From assembly GCA_018302765.1 (NCBI GenBank), contig JAGVZG010000024.1:1-34716 (forward strand): a DNA stretch of 34,716 nt. Reading direction: 5' to 3'. Under the pieces are notes generated by a model. It made no database searches, was not told where the DNA came from, and worked only from the letters and a program-made list of their open reading frames with translations. Source of the stretch: Candidatus Woesearchaeota archaeon. Lineage in GTDB: Archaea; Nanobdellota; Nanobdellia; SCGC-AAA011-G17; GW2011-AR18. Numbering within the stretch: the first letter of the stretch is position 1; each line of letters begins with the position of its first letter. Shown piece after piece: positions 17,859 to 26,638 of the stretch. Position numbers and translations under genes: made by a program.

Positions 17859-18941
17859 TTACTTCATAATTTTTGCTCGACGAACACCTTGCTTGGAGTC
17901 CGAGCCGCTCGTATCTCTATTGCAGTTCATGCTAACTCTATCAGAATTAGCCAAGAACCTAGAGACGGCTGTTATTATGGGTTTCCAATAATATAAATTC
18001 CCATTTCCAATATTTTTTAAGGGAAGACCTTGATCAGTCGCCTCTTCCAGCCAAGAATCTAAGCTTATTCCAGGAAGTTTATTATCCATCAAGCAATCTT
18101 GCAAAGGTTCTATAATTTCTATTATATCTCCATTATCATTTATTTTATGATAATCAATGCAAAGCTTTCCTTTTCTGTCAACAAACTTTGCATCAAGCCA
18201 TTCAGCTCTCCATGGAGATTTGACTTTCATTATTTCATTTAATATTTTAACTGCCACACTCTTACTAACTATTTCTCCATCTGCATAAAAAACTTCTTCA
18301 GATTTTAATAAATTCAAAAAATCAACAAATTGTCTTATTGTAAGCATAAACTCATTATTTTCATGCAATAATTTCTGACATTCCTCCCAAGTTTTATCTG
18401 AGTATTCTCTTTTTATTGAAACAAGCAAACTAGGATAAGAAGAATTTCCTACTTTGTCATTTCTAGGTAATATTATCCAATTCTTTGGATCTTCTACACT
18501 AGCAACAAAAGGTTTACCACCTTTAATTTCAACTTCAAACAAAACTGCAAAGTTCTTTCTACGCACTAATTCTCCAAGCAAACATTCCATTTTAACAAAC
18601 AAAGACTTACCCAAAACCCCTCTTTTAATAACTTCAATTTGATTGCTTCCTTCTAAAAACCTTGCAATCTCAAACTCTACCGAATCTAGTGCATATATAT
18701 TCCTAACATCAATTCCAATATTATCAATAATAGTATTAAGTTCAGAAAGAATTAAACGCTTAATATCAATAAAAATATTAGAGCTTGTTATCTCTTTAAC
18801 TGAAATTGTTCTAATTGCACCACTTATAATACCTTCATTCTCAATTAATTTTATAGTTAATATAATATTATAGTCTTCTTTCCAGCCAAGAATATTTCTA
18901 ACTGTATCATTAATTTTATCAAATCTTACATATTCAATCAT
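17859..18941 (-). CDS. Hypothetical protein with a C-terminal domain resembling DPANN DGR target (C-type lectin fold) proteins
   Basis: LTIRQFVDFL, WRAEWLDA, GLP, YYWKP and a terminal SRFLANSDRVSMNCNRD...GVR segment; recognised from memory of the family. Confidence 0.55.
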   Translation of the reverse strand: MIEYVRFDKINDTVRNILGWKEDYNIILTIKLIENEGIISGAIRTISVKEITSSNIFIDIKRLILSELNTIIDNIGIDVRNIYALDSVEFEIARFLEGSNQIEVIKRGVLGKSLFVKMECLLGELVRRKNFAVLFEVEIKGGKPFVASVEDPKNWIILPRNDKVGNSSYPSLLVSIKREYSDKTWEECQKLLHENNEFMLTIRQFVDFLNLLKSEEVFYADGEIVSKSVAVKILNEIMKVKSPWRAEWLDAKFVDRKGKLCIDYHKINDNGDIIEIIEPLQDCLMDNKLPGISLDSWLEEATDQGLPLKNIGNGNLYYWKPIITAVSRFLANSDRVSMNCNRDTSGSDSKQGVRRAKIMK

Positions 18942-18980
18942 TAAATTTTTAAAAATAATACTATAATAAAAAGATTTAGT

Positions 18981-19529
18981 TTAAGCAGCATTTGTCATAC
19001 TGCTATAAGAAATATAACTATCTAAATTACTTCTGGCTTGATACAAATAATTAACAGCATTTATCAAGTAACCACAAACCATATCTTTGTTCATTGGAAC
19101 AGGAAATCCTCTCTTAATTTTATCATCTCCCCACATCTCAATCTGAAGTATTTTTAATATGTCATAAACCTTCTCGTCATTAGCCTGTATGTTTTTTGTC
19201 CATCCAGAAATCAAATCTCTAAGCTGATCAGGATTCTTAATTGCATTTAACGTATTGATAGTATTATTCATGCGTTCATCAATAAATATAATTCCTTTAT
19301 TGATACCAGACCTCATGCTAACAAGCCTTTCTTTAACTTGTTCATAATACAAAGGTTCGTGCCTTCTAGCTGGCTGAAAATCCCTCATAGCTTCCAAAAA
19401 TTTTCCAATGTTTTCATAAGCTGATTTTAAACTATCCTTTGAAGATCTCAAATAACTATGAATTTCTTCCTCATTAATTCTATTGTTAGAATATATAAAT
19501 CTATTTTTGATAGTGTCTAAAAACCCCAT
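18981..19529 (-). CDS. Hypothetical helical protein
   Basis: 182-aa ORF with genome-typical composition; no recognisable motif. Confidence 0.7.
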   Translation of the reverse strand: MGFLDTIKNRFIYSNNRINEEEIHSYLRSSKDSLKSAYENIGKFLEAMRDFQPARRHEPLYYEQVKERLVSMRSGINKGIIFIDERMNNTINTLNAIKNPDQLRDLISGWTKNIQANDEKVYDILKILQIEMWGDDKIKRGFPVPMNKDMVCGYLINAVNYLYQARSNLDSYISYSSMTNAA

Positions 19530-19642
19530 AGCAACAAAAACTAGTCATAAGTTTAAATAAATTTCTCTACAGAAAAATAGTTATGCAAGCCATAGAAATC
19601 TTTTTAAACAATACTAAAATACCAAGAAAATCAAAAATCTGA

Positions 19643-19679
19643 TGGATTATAAAAATAATCCACTTAACTCCGTAAGGAG
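19643..19679 (+). promoter_or_regulatory. Tandem hairpins in the rps19e leader; the second contains the SD
   Basis: TGGATTAT-AAAA-ATAATCCA (19643-19662) and CTCC-GTAA-GGAG (19668-19679); TATA-like TTTTTAAA at 19601-19608. Confidence 0.5.
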
Positions 19680-19685
19680 CTGACA

Positions 19686-20111
19686 ATGGCAACAATATAC
19701 GATGCAGATATACAAAAATCTATAGAAAAACTTAGTGATAGTTTAAAATCCCACATTAAAGACCCAGAATGGTCTAAATTTGTTAAGACAGGCTCGGCAA
19801 AAGCAAGGCCGCCAGCAGAATTAGACTGGTTTTACAAAAGAGCAGCATCTCTTCTAATTACTATATACAAAAAAGGACCTATTGGTGTATCAAAACTAAG
19901 AGTTAAATACGGATCAAAAAAAAGAAGAGGCCACAATCCAGAAAAATTTTTCAGGGCTTCTGGAAAGATAATAAGAAATATACTTCAACAACTTGACAAA
20001 GCAAGCTTAACAATATACAAGAAAGAAGGTTTAAACAAAGGAAGAGTAATATCACCAAAAGGAAGATCCTTAGTAGACAAAAACTCTGTAATAATAAAAA
20101 ATGAGCAGTGA
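19686..20111 (+). CDS. rps19e: 30S ribosomal protein S19e
   Basis: PEWSKFVKTG...RPP...WFYKRAASLL...GPIGV..LRVKYG...ASGKIIRNILQQL. Confidence 0.97.
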   Translation: MATIYDADIQKSIEKLSDSLKSHIKDPEWSKFVKTGSAKARPPAELDWFYKRAASLLITIYKKGPIGVSKLRVKYGSKKRRGHNPEKFFRASGKIIRNILQQLDKASLTIYKKEGLNKGRVISPKGRSLVDKNSVIIKNEQ

Positions 20112-20370
20112 GGTAGAAGAACAAAAAAAGATTCAAGAAAAAATCTTAGAAATTGAATCTATGGCTAAAAAATTTATGACTCAAGAAGCAATAGAACGCT
20201 ATGGCAGATTAAAAAGTGCTCATCAACAAAAAGCGCTTCAGGCTATGGTATTAATTGCACATCTTGGGTCGCAAAACCAAATAAAAGAAAAAATAACTGA
20301 TGAACAATTCAAGGATATATTAATGAGATTAGAACCAGAAAAAAGAGAAACAAAAATAATAAGGAAATAA
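20101..20370 (+). CDS. PDCD5-like DNA-binding protein
   Basis: MTQEAIERYGRLK...GQIKEKITDEQFKDIL...KRETKIIRK; usual position directly after rps19e. Confidence 0.85.
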   Translation: MSSEVEEQKKIQEKILEIESMAKKFMTQEAIERYGRLKSAHQQKALQAMVLIAHLGSQNQIKEKITDEQFKDILMRLEPEKRETKIIRK

Positions 20371-20372
20371 AA

Positions 20373-20546
20373 ATGAGCCGTTACAAACCAAAGGCAAAAA
20401 AACTACGCTTGGCAAAGAAAGGAAAACAAACTAGATGGGCACCTCTCTGGCTAATTCCAAAATTAAACAAAGGATTAAGAAAAATTCATCCTTCAAGATA
20501 CACAGCAAAGAAAAGAAGCTGGAGAAAAACAAAAACTAAAGCATAA
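20373..20546 (+). CDS. rpl39e: 50S ribosomal protein L39e (57 aa; absent from the ORF track)
   Basis: MSRYKPKAKKLRLAKKGKQTRWAPLWL...KRSWRKTKTKA; conserved position before rpl31e. Confidence 0.93.
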   Translation: MSRYKPKAKKLRLAKKGKQTRWAPLWLIPKLNKGLRKIHPSRYTAKKRSWRKTKTKA

Positions 20547-20549
20547 AAA

Positions 20550-21065
20550 ATGACAGAAGAAAAAATATTCACAATTGGCTTAAGAAAGGAATTTCTAAAG
20601 AAACCAAAATACAGAAGAGCTAAGAAAGCAGTTACTGCTGTAAAAGAATTTATCATGCAACATTTGAAAGTCAAAGAAGTTAAGATTGGTCCTCACTTAA
20701 ACTTAAAAATTTGGGAGCGTGGAAAAAGAAACCCACCGTCAAAAGTAAAAGTTAAAGCAACAGTAGAAGAAGGAACTGCTTATGTAGAGCTTCCAGAGTT
20801 TAAATTTGAAAAAGTTAAGCCTAAAGAAGAGAAAAAAGAAGAAAAAACAGCAAAAGAAGAACAAAAGAAAGAACAGGAAAAAGAATTAATAAAAGAATTA
20901 TCTCATGAAGAAAAATTAAAAGAGAAAAAAGAACACCATTACGAGCCTATAGAAACTCCTAACGCTGAAATTAAACAACCAGAAAAAGATATAGAAAACA
21001 AATCTAAAAAAGGAAGAGTTGTTGGAAGCACAGGTAAAAAAGGCGCTAAGCAAGCTAAACCTTAA
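20550..21065 (+). CDS. rpl31e: 50S ribosomal protein L31e with a long Lys/Glu-rich extension
   Basis: FTIGLR...RRAKKAVTAVKEFIMQHL...LNLKIWERGKRNPPSKVKV. Confidence 0.95.
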   Translation: MTEEKIFTIGLRKEFLKKPKYRRAKKAVTAVKEFIMQHLKVKEVKIGPHLNLKIWERGKRNPPSKVKVKATVEEGTAYVELPEFKFEKVKPKEEKKEEKTAKEEQKKEQEKELIKELSHEEKLKEKKEHHYEPIETPNAEIKQPEKDIENKSKKGRVVGSTGKKGAKQAKP

Positions 21066-21105
21066 TTCTATAAGTTTTTATATTAAATAATACTAGGAAA
21101 TTTTT

Positions 21106-21588
21106 ATGGAAGAAAAAGATTTTCTTGAAAATTGGAGATGGTGTAATAAAATAACAATTGAAATATTAAAAAATACTCCAAATAATGTATACTTTTCTAA
21201 ACCATTCAAAAATAGATTTAAGTCATTTGCATGGGAATTTGCTTGTTTATTAACAACAAGAGAAATGTACATTAATGGATTCAAAAATAATAATATCAAT
21301 AAAAATACTAAAGCAACTTCCAATGAAGAAGCTGAAAAATTTAGTAAAGAACAAATAATTAAAGAATTAGAAAAAACAAATAAATCAATTGAAAAAATAA
21401 TAAAAGATAATAAAATAAAGGAAATAAAATTCTTTGGAAATAAAACAAGTAAATTAAGTTGTATTTCATGGTTAATGCAGCATGAACAACTACATTTCGG
21501 AAAATTAATGTTATATTGTGCTCAACTAGATATAAAACAATCAAATTCTTTAAAGATAATCTGGGGAGAAAGTAGCTTTAAAAAATGA
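21106..21588 (+). CDS. DinB/YfiT-like four-helix-bundle protein
   Basis: Y..KPF..., FAWEFACLL and C-terminal LMQHEQLHFGKL pattern. Confidence 0.6.
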   Translation: MEEKDFLENWRWCNKITIEILKNTPNNVYFSKPFKNRFKSFAWEFACLLTTREMYINGFKNNNINKNTKATSNEEAEKFSKEQIIKELEKTNKSIEKIIKDNKIKEIKFFGNKTSKLSCISWLMQHEQLHFGKLMLYCAQLDIKQSNSLKIIWGESSFKK

Positions 21589-22235
21589 CTATGAAAAATA
21601 TATCATTCTGGGAAAAAGTATTAAAAGACATACCGGAATCTTATAAAAAATGGTTTAATGAAGAAAAAAAATATCTAAATAAATCTATAACTAAAGACTC
21701 TAAAGTATTGGAAGTTGGATGTGGCAATGGAAGAATATTTATTGACTTAATTAAAAAGACTAAAAACTTAGTTGGTATAGACAATGAAGAAAAAGCAATT
21801 AAAGATGCAAAAAAACTTTTTAAGCGTTATCCAGAAATAAAATTTCTATTAGCAGATGCAAGAAATATTCATTTTGAAAATAATTACTTTGATTTTGTAT
21901 TATGTATAGGAACATTTGCTAACTTCGGCAATTATAAATTTAAAGTTTTAGATGAAATGAAAAGGGTTGTAAAAAACAAAGGGCTAATTATAATAAGCGT
22001 TTATTCAGAAAATGCTTTTGAAGAAAGAATGAAATTGTACAAGAAGATTAAAACTCCAATTAAAGAAATAAAAGGGACAACTATATTATTTGATCAAGAA
22101 GTTGAAGGAGATAACATGTCAGAACAATTTTCAAAAGAAGAACTTATTGAAATATTTAATAAATGTAAATTAAAGCCGTTAGAAATAAAAAAATTTGGAA
22201 TTGGTTATATTTGTAAACTGACTAAAATAAAATGA
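21585..22235 (+). CDS. Class I SAM-dependent methyltransferase
   Basis: VLEVGCGNG, VGID, ADARNIHFENNYFDFV, LDEMKRVVK. Confidence 0.88.
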   Translation: MTMKNISFWEKVLKDIPESYKKWFNEEKKYLNKSITKDSKVLEVGCGNGRIFIDLIKKTKNLVGIDNEEKAIKDAKKLFKRYPEIKFLLADARNIHFENNYFDFVLCIGTFANFGNYKFKVLDEMKRVVKNKGLIIISVYSENAFEERMKLYKKIKTPIKEIKGTTILFDQEVEGDNMSEQFSKEELIEIFNKCKLKPLEIKKFGIGYICKLTKIK

Positions 22236-23221
22236 ACAAACTACCATTTGAAGAAATACAAAGAGAAATTTTAGTGAAAAAAGAATCTTCTACAAATGAA
22301 GCTTATGGAAAAAGACCAGAGCAAAGAACAATTAAAGAATTACTAAACTATGGAGTAATTTGCTTAAATAAATTAGATGGTCCTAGCTCTCATCAAGTAG
22401 CAGATTATGTAAAAAAAATATTGAAGTTAGAAAAAGTTGGACATGGTGGTACTTTAGATCCTGGTGTGACTGGAGTTCTACCAATATCATTAGGTAAAGC
22501 TACAAAAATAATGGAAGCATTATTAAAAGCAGGTAAAGAATATATTTGCTTAATGCATATTCATTCCCAAATACCACAATCAAAAATTCATAAAAGCTCT
22601 AAAGAATTTATAGGAAAAATAATACAATTACCTCCAGTAAAATCTGCAGTAAAAAGGCAATTAAGAGAAAGAGAAATTTATTACTTAGAAATTCTAGAAA
22701 TTAAGAATCAAGATGTTTTATTTAAGGTTGGCTGTCAAGCAGGTACTTACATAAGAACGCTGTGCGTAAACTGGGGGAAAGCCTTAGGAACTAATGCACA
22801 TATGCAACAATTAGTAAGAACAAAAGCCGGTCCATTTAATGACAAAGAATGGTCTTCACTACAGGACATAAAAGATAGTTTCTCTCTATATGAAGAAGGA
22901 AATGAAAAGGAATTAAGAAAAATAATAAAGCCTATAGAATTTGCAGTGCAGCATTTAGCAAAAATCTGTATAGTAGACTCTGCTGTAGACACAATATGTC
23001 ATGGAGCTAATCTCAGTATTCCTGGAATATCAAAATTACATTCAAATATTGAAAGAGAAGACTTAGTAGCAATTACTTCATTAAAGGATGAATTAATAGC
23101 GATAGGAAATGCATTAATGACATCAGAAGAAATTATGAAAAACGAAAAGGGCTTAGTAATTAAAATAAATAAAGTTTTCATGGAACCGGAAACTTATCCT
23201 CATTTCAAGAAGGAAAATTGA
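22232..23221 (+). CDS. cbf5: H/ACA pseudouridine synthase Cbf5 (TruB family + PUA)
   Basis: LNKLDGPSSH, catalytic GHGGTLDP, KEYIC, QLPPVKSAVKR, GTYIR and a C-terminal PUA domain. Confidence 0.96.
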   Translation: MNKLPFEEIQREILVKKESSTNEAYGKRPEQRTIKELLNYGVICLNKLDGPSSHQVADYVKKILKLEKVGHGGTLDPGVTGVLPISLGKATKIMEALLKAGKEYICLMHIHSQIPQSKIHKSSKEFIGKIIQLPPVKSAVKRQLREREIYYLEILEIKNQDVLFKVGCQAGTYIRTLCVNWGKALGTNAHMQQLVRTKAGPFNDKEWSSLQDIKDSFSLYEEGNEKELRKIIKPIEFAVQHLAKICIVDSAVDTICHGANLSIPGISKLHSNIEREDLVAITSLKDELIAIGNALMTSEEIMKNEKGLVIKINKVFMEPETYPHFKKEN

Positions 23222-23226
23222 TATTA

Positions 23227-23745
23227 TTATTTTGTTAATCGAATAGCTTCTAAGCAAGTTTCTTCCAAACTTTCAAAAAGAATTTTATCAGAAGCATCTT
23301 GAGACAAATCATACTTTATAGTGTGAATTTCTGGAAATTTGCCATCAGTACCAAAACAAAATCTCAAAGATCTATCAATTCTATAAGAAGTAAAAGCCTG
23401 TCCTAATTCAAATCTAGTCATTGCACCATAAACTTTTTGACAATCATGATTTGCTTCTCCTGGTAACCAAAACATTACAGCGCCAGTTTTCGAAGCTAAA
23501 TCAAAATAATGTCTTTCCCAAGCTCGGGCTCTAGAAAAATATTCTTGATTCCCTGGTAAAACATATTTTGCAACTGATTCTCCAACTTCCCAACGTGGAG
23601 AAGCAACAAATAATTCTGAGTTTCTTAACAATAAAAATTGAACTGCTAAATCTTGCCAATTTGGTGCACCCCTTATTGGCCCAGCCAAAAAGATAATAGA
23701 ACCATCTACTTTTACATTAGTTTTAGAAACTATTAATCCTCCCAT
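23227..23745 (-). CDS. Nucleoside 2-deoxyribosyltransferase-like protein
   Basis: IFLAGPIRGAPNWQ, WER, VMFWLP and TRFELG pattern. Confidence 0.7.
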   Translation of the reverse strand: MGGLIVSKTNVKVDGSIIFLAGPIRGAPNWQDLAVQFLLLRNSELFVASPRWEVGESVAKYVLPGNQEYFSRARAWERHYFDLASKTGAVMFWLPGEANHDCQKVYGAMTRFELGQAFTSYRIDRSLRFCFGTDGKFPEIHTIKYDLSQDASDKILFESLEETCLEAIRLTK

Positions 23746-23784
23746 AATATAAAAAATTAAAAGAAGCTTAAATAACTTACGCTA

Positions 23785-25830
23785 TTAATACTCAATATCA
23801 TACTTAACTAAATTACATTCTTTAGAATTCTTAATCTCAACAAATTTCTTCAATATACTAGAAATATCACCTATTTTATGCTTTACTTCTAATTTCTCAT
23901 CAAACTCAAAAGGAAGAAATTCATTTTTCTCATAGCAAGCTAATTCATTTAAGTTTAATAAAGCACTTAGGGACTCAGATAATGAATAAATCTTATCCTT
24001 AGAAATTAAAAATCCCTTCTTAACTAGATTATTCATAATGTCAAAAGCTTCAGAAAACATTATGCCTGAATTTTGAAAAACATCAGCAGGAGTAATACCT
24101 TTACCCAGATTTTTACAAGTAGTTAAAACTCTATTTTCTTTCTCAGATAATTTATCCAGATTCAAAATCAAAGATTTACCAATGCCTCTTTCCAGATCAG
24201 TAACAACATGCCCATTATTCAGATTGACAAGAATATTAAACTCAGACTTATCTTTAATGCAAGCAAACATATGGCAAGGTACTAAAACAGCCTTCAAACT
24301 ATTGACCTTCTTATTAACTAAAGAAATTATTTCATTTTTTGTTAGCTTAGGCTTTATCATGCTCATTACTTCTTTAGTGCCATTTATATTACCAGAACTA
24401 ATTAAAGAATCAAAACTTGTTGGAGTTAATTCCAATTTAGCATCTGCAAATGTTCCAACAACGTCAATACTTTCTCCCCCATGCTTTGTTCTTCTAGGCC
24501 TTACATCAACAAACAAAGGCATATCTGTAACTCCAATTACCATTGCAGTTCCTACGTGTAAATTAACAATCTCATTTTCTGTTTCAGAAGTTATGCCTTC
24601 CACAGAACTACTTATTGATTTTAAATCATTGGGATTTGTTATCTTAAATATTACCTGTGTGCTGCACTGACTTAATATGGTCTTCTCAACACGTGCAGGC
24701 CTTTGTGATACAACAGCCACACCAAGACCAAATTTTCTGCCCTCAGCAATAACTTGTCTCAATATAGAGGAACTTTTTACTTCTCCATAATTTCTCTCAG
24801 GTGCATAATTATGCGATTCTTCAATAACCAAGAAAAAAGGAGGAACAATGCCTTGTTTTCTGGCATTAAATAAATCTGAAACCAGTTTATAAACAATTAT
24901 TTCTTGTAACTCCTGTGGTATTCCTCTAAGATTAATTATGCTACATTTTCCTATATTAATAATTTCATTTATACTAGTTGCAGACTCAGAAAATATATTA
25001 AGTCTTTTCAAATAATCTATAATACTTATCAAAGACCATTTAGCATTGTTCTCCTCAGACTGCAAACCCAACATTAGCTGATCAAAATCAGAGACTCTTG
25101 TAACGTCCATCAAAGCTCCATACAATAAACCAATCTGACTGGAAGTTAATTTGGCAGGCAGTAAATGCATCAATTCACTTCCAGTTAAGTTATTTGCACT
25201 TAACTTCAAAATTTTAGCTTCTGGATTCTTCTCAATGTCAGGACTGTATTCTTGAATCTGTTTGATATAACTTTTAGGATCCAAACCAAAATTTTTCAAT
25301 AAAACTCTATTATCTGAAGGAAATTTCAAACTTGAATATTCGCCATGTGGATCTATAACAACAACTGGAATCTTCCTCTCTAATATTTCTTCCAGTAAGA
25401 CACCACAAAAAAAGCTTTTGCCAGAACCTGATTTAGCCAGCACAGCCAAGTGCTTAGTTATAATTTTATTTAAATCTAAATAAACTTTAATACCTGGTCT
25501 ATCTTCCAAAACACCTATAAAAGCGCCATTTTTATCACTTTCTAGCCCCAAAATATTTCTTACAAACCCATCATCAGCGTATTCAACACTAGAATCAGGT
25601 TCTAGTGGTGTTCTTAAGTTTCTTAATACTCCTTGACCATCTTTATAGCCCAAAATATTACATTTAGCCCTAGTTACGCCTTTTTCTTTTTCTATTTCTA
25701 CAATCTGTGCAAGAACATCATAGCCTTCTTTATGAAAAGATTTAACGTACATAAACTTTTTAGCACCGCTTTCTACCAGAAAATAAAACTGGTTAGTACT
25801 ACTCTTGCCTACTATTTTTCCTAACAACAT
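23785..25830 (-). CDS. HerA/FtsK-family ATPase (DUF87-type) with an N-terminal HAS-barrel-like region and a C-terminal winged helix
   Basis: Walker A AKSGSGKS; Walker B LVIEESH; EGRKFG; SQRP; C-terminal helical extension. Confidence 0.88.
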   Translation of the reverse strand: MLLGKIVGKSSTNQFYFLVESGAKKFMYVKSFHKEGYDVLAQIVEIEKEKGVTRAKCNILGYKDGQGVLRNLRTPLEPDSSVEYADDGFVRNILGLESDKNGAFIGVLEDRPGIKVYLDLNKIITKHLAVLAKSGSGKSFFCGVLLEEILERKIPVVVIDPHGEYSSLKFPSDNRVLLKNFGLDPKSYIKQIQEYSPDIEKNPEAKILKLSANNLTGSELMHLLPAKLTSSQIGLLYGALMDVTRVSDFDQLMLGLQSEENNAKWSLISIIDYLKRLNIFSESATSINEIINIGKCSIINLRGIPQELQEIIVYKLVSDLFNARKQGIVPPFFLVIEESHNYAPERNYGEVKSSSILRQVIAEGRKFGLGVAVVSQRPARVEKTILSQCSTQVIFKITNPNDLKSISSSVEGITSETENEIVNLHVGTAMVIGVTDMPLFVDVRPRRTKHGGESIDVVGTFADAKLELTPTSFDSLISSGNINGTKEVMSMIKPKLTKNEIISLVNKKVNSLKAVLVPCHMFACIKDKSEFNILVNLNNGHVVTDLERGIGKSLILNLDKLSEKENRVLTTCKNLGKGITPADVFQNSGIMFSEAFDIMNNLVKKGFLISKDKIYSLSESLSALLNLNELACYEKNEFLPFEFDEKLEVKHKIGDISSILKKFVEIKNSKECNLVKYDIEY

Positions 25831-25922
25831 AAAAACCCGATTAAATATCTATTTATAAAACCTATTATGCTATTTATTATATTAATGTAAAAATTTATAT
25901 ACAAAGCTTATTCTGAATATTT

Positions 25923-26600
25923 ATGGGTATATTTGATTTTTTATTTAGAGAAAAAAAAGAAATGAATTTGGATTTAATTATACAGATATATATAAATTTA
26001 TTAAAAATATTCAAATTAAGAAATGTACTTCCTGAACGCCCCAGAAGGTTCAAACCAGATGCATTAATTGATCTTTTTCCAGAAAGTGCACAATATAATG
26101 AGAGAGAGAAAGAAGAATTAAACCTGAAACTTAATAAGATAATCTTAAATTTCAGTTTGTTAAATAGCATTTTCGTTAACAAATTTTCAAAAATATATGG
26201 AACATTAGAAAGACTAAGTATTATAAATACAAGGCATACAAGCAAACCAATAACATTAATATACGAAGAAGGGGAAAACGAAATAAACAAAGAAACAAAA
26301 GAATTTTTAATTAAGTGCTATGAAAATAATATTATTTTAATATTTGAGAACTTCTTAAAGCTAGAAAGCGATATAAAAAAGATCATAGGACAAATTAAAA
26401 GCAAAGGAATAATAAAAGAAGAATGTGATGAGGCATTAAGCGCACTTAGAACTGTCAACCCAATGATTGTGGATTTTACAAATTTGTTAGTTGAATTAAT
26501 GGAAATATATCTGCATGCAGAACACGAAGTCATAATATCTGAATTTGAGGAAAAAACAGGCAGAAGAAGTAAATCTTATAGAATAAGAAATGCTGCATAA
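25923..26600 (+). CDS. Hypothetical helical protein
   Basis: 225-aa ORF; no recognisable motif. Confidence 0.7.
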   Translation: MGIFDFLFREKKEMNLDLIIQIYINLLKIFKLRNVLPERPRRFKPDALIDLFPESAQYNEREKEELNLKLNKIILNFSLLNSIFVNKFSKIYGTLERLSIINTRHTSKPITLIYEEGENEINKETKEFLIKCYENNIILIFENFLKLESDIKKIIGQIKSKGIIKEECDEALSALRTVNPMIVDFTNLLVELMEIYLHAEHEVIISEFEEKTGRRSKSYRIRNAA

Positions 26601-26638
26601 ACAGTATAATTTATAATTTTTCCTAAAGTAATTCTCTT

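Noticed and set aside
22232-23221. Possible bulge-helix-bulge intron in cbf5, as in some Crenarchaeota
   Set aside because: The ORF is continuous through GHGGTLDP with no insertion.
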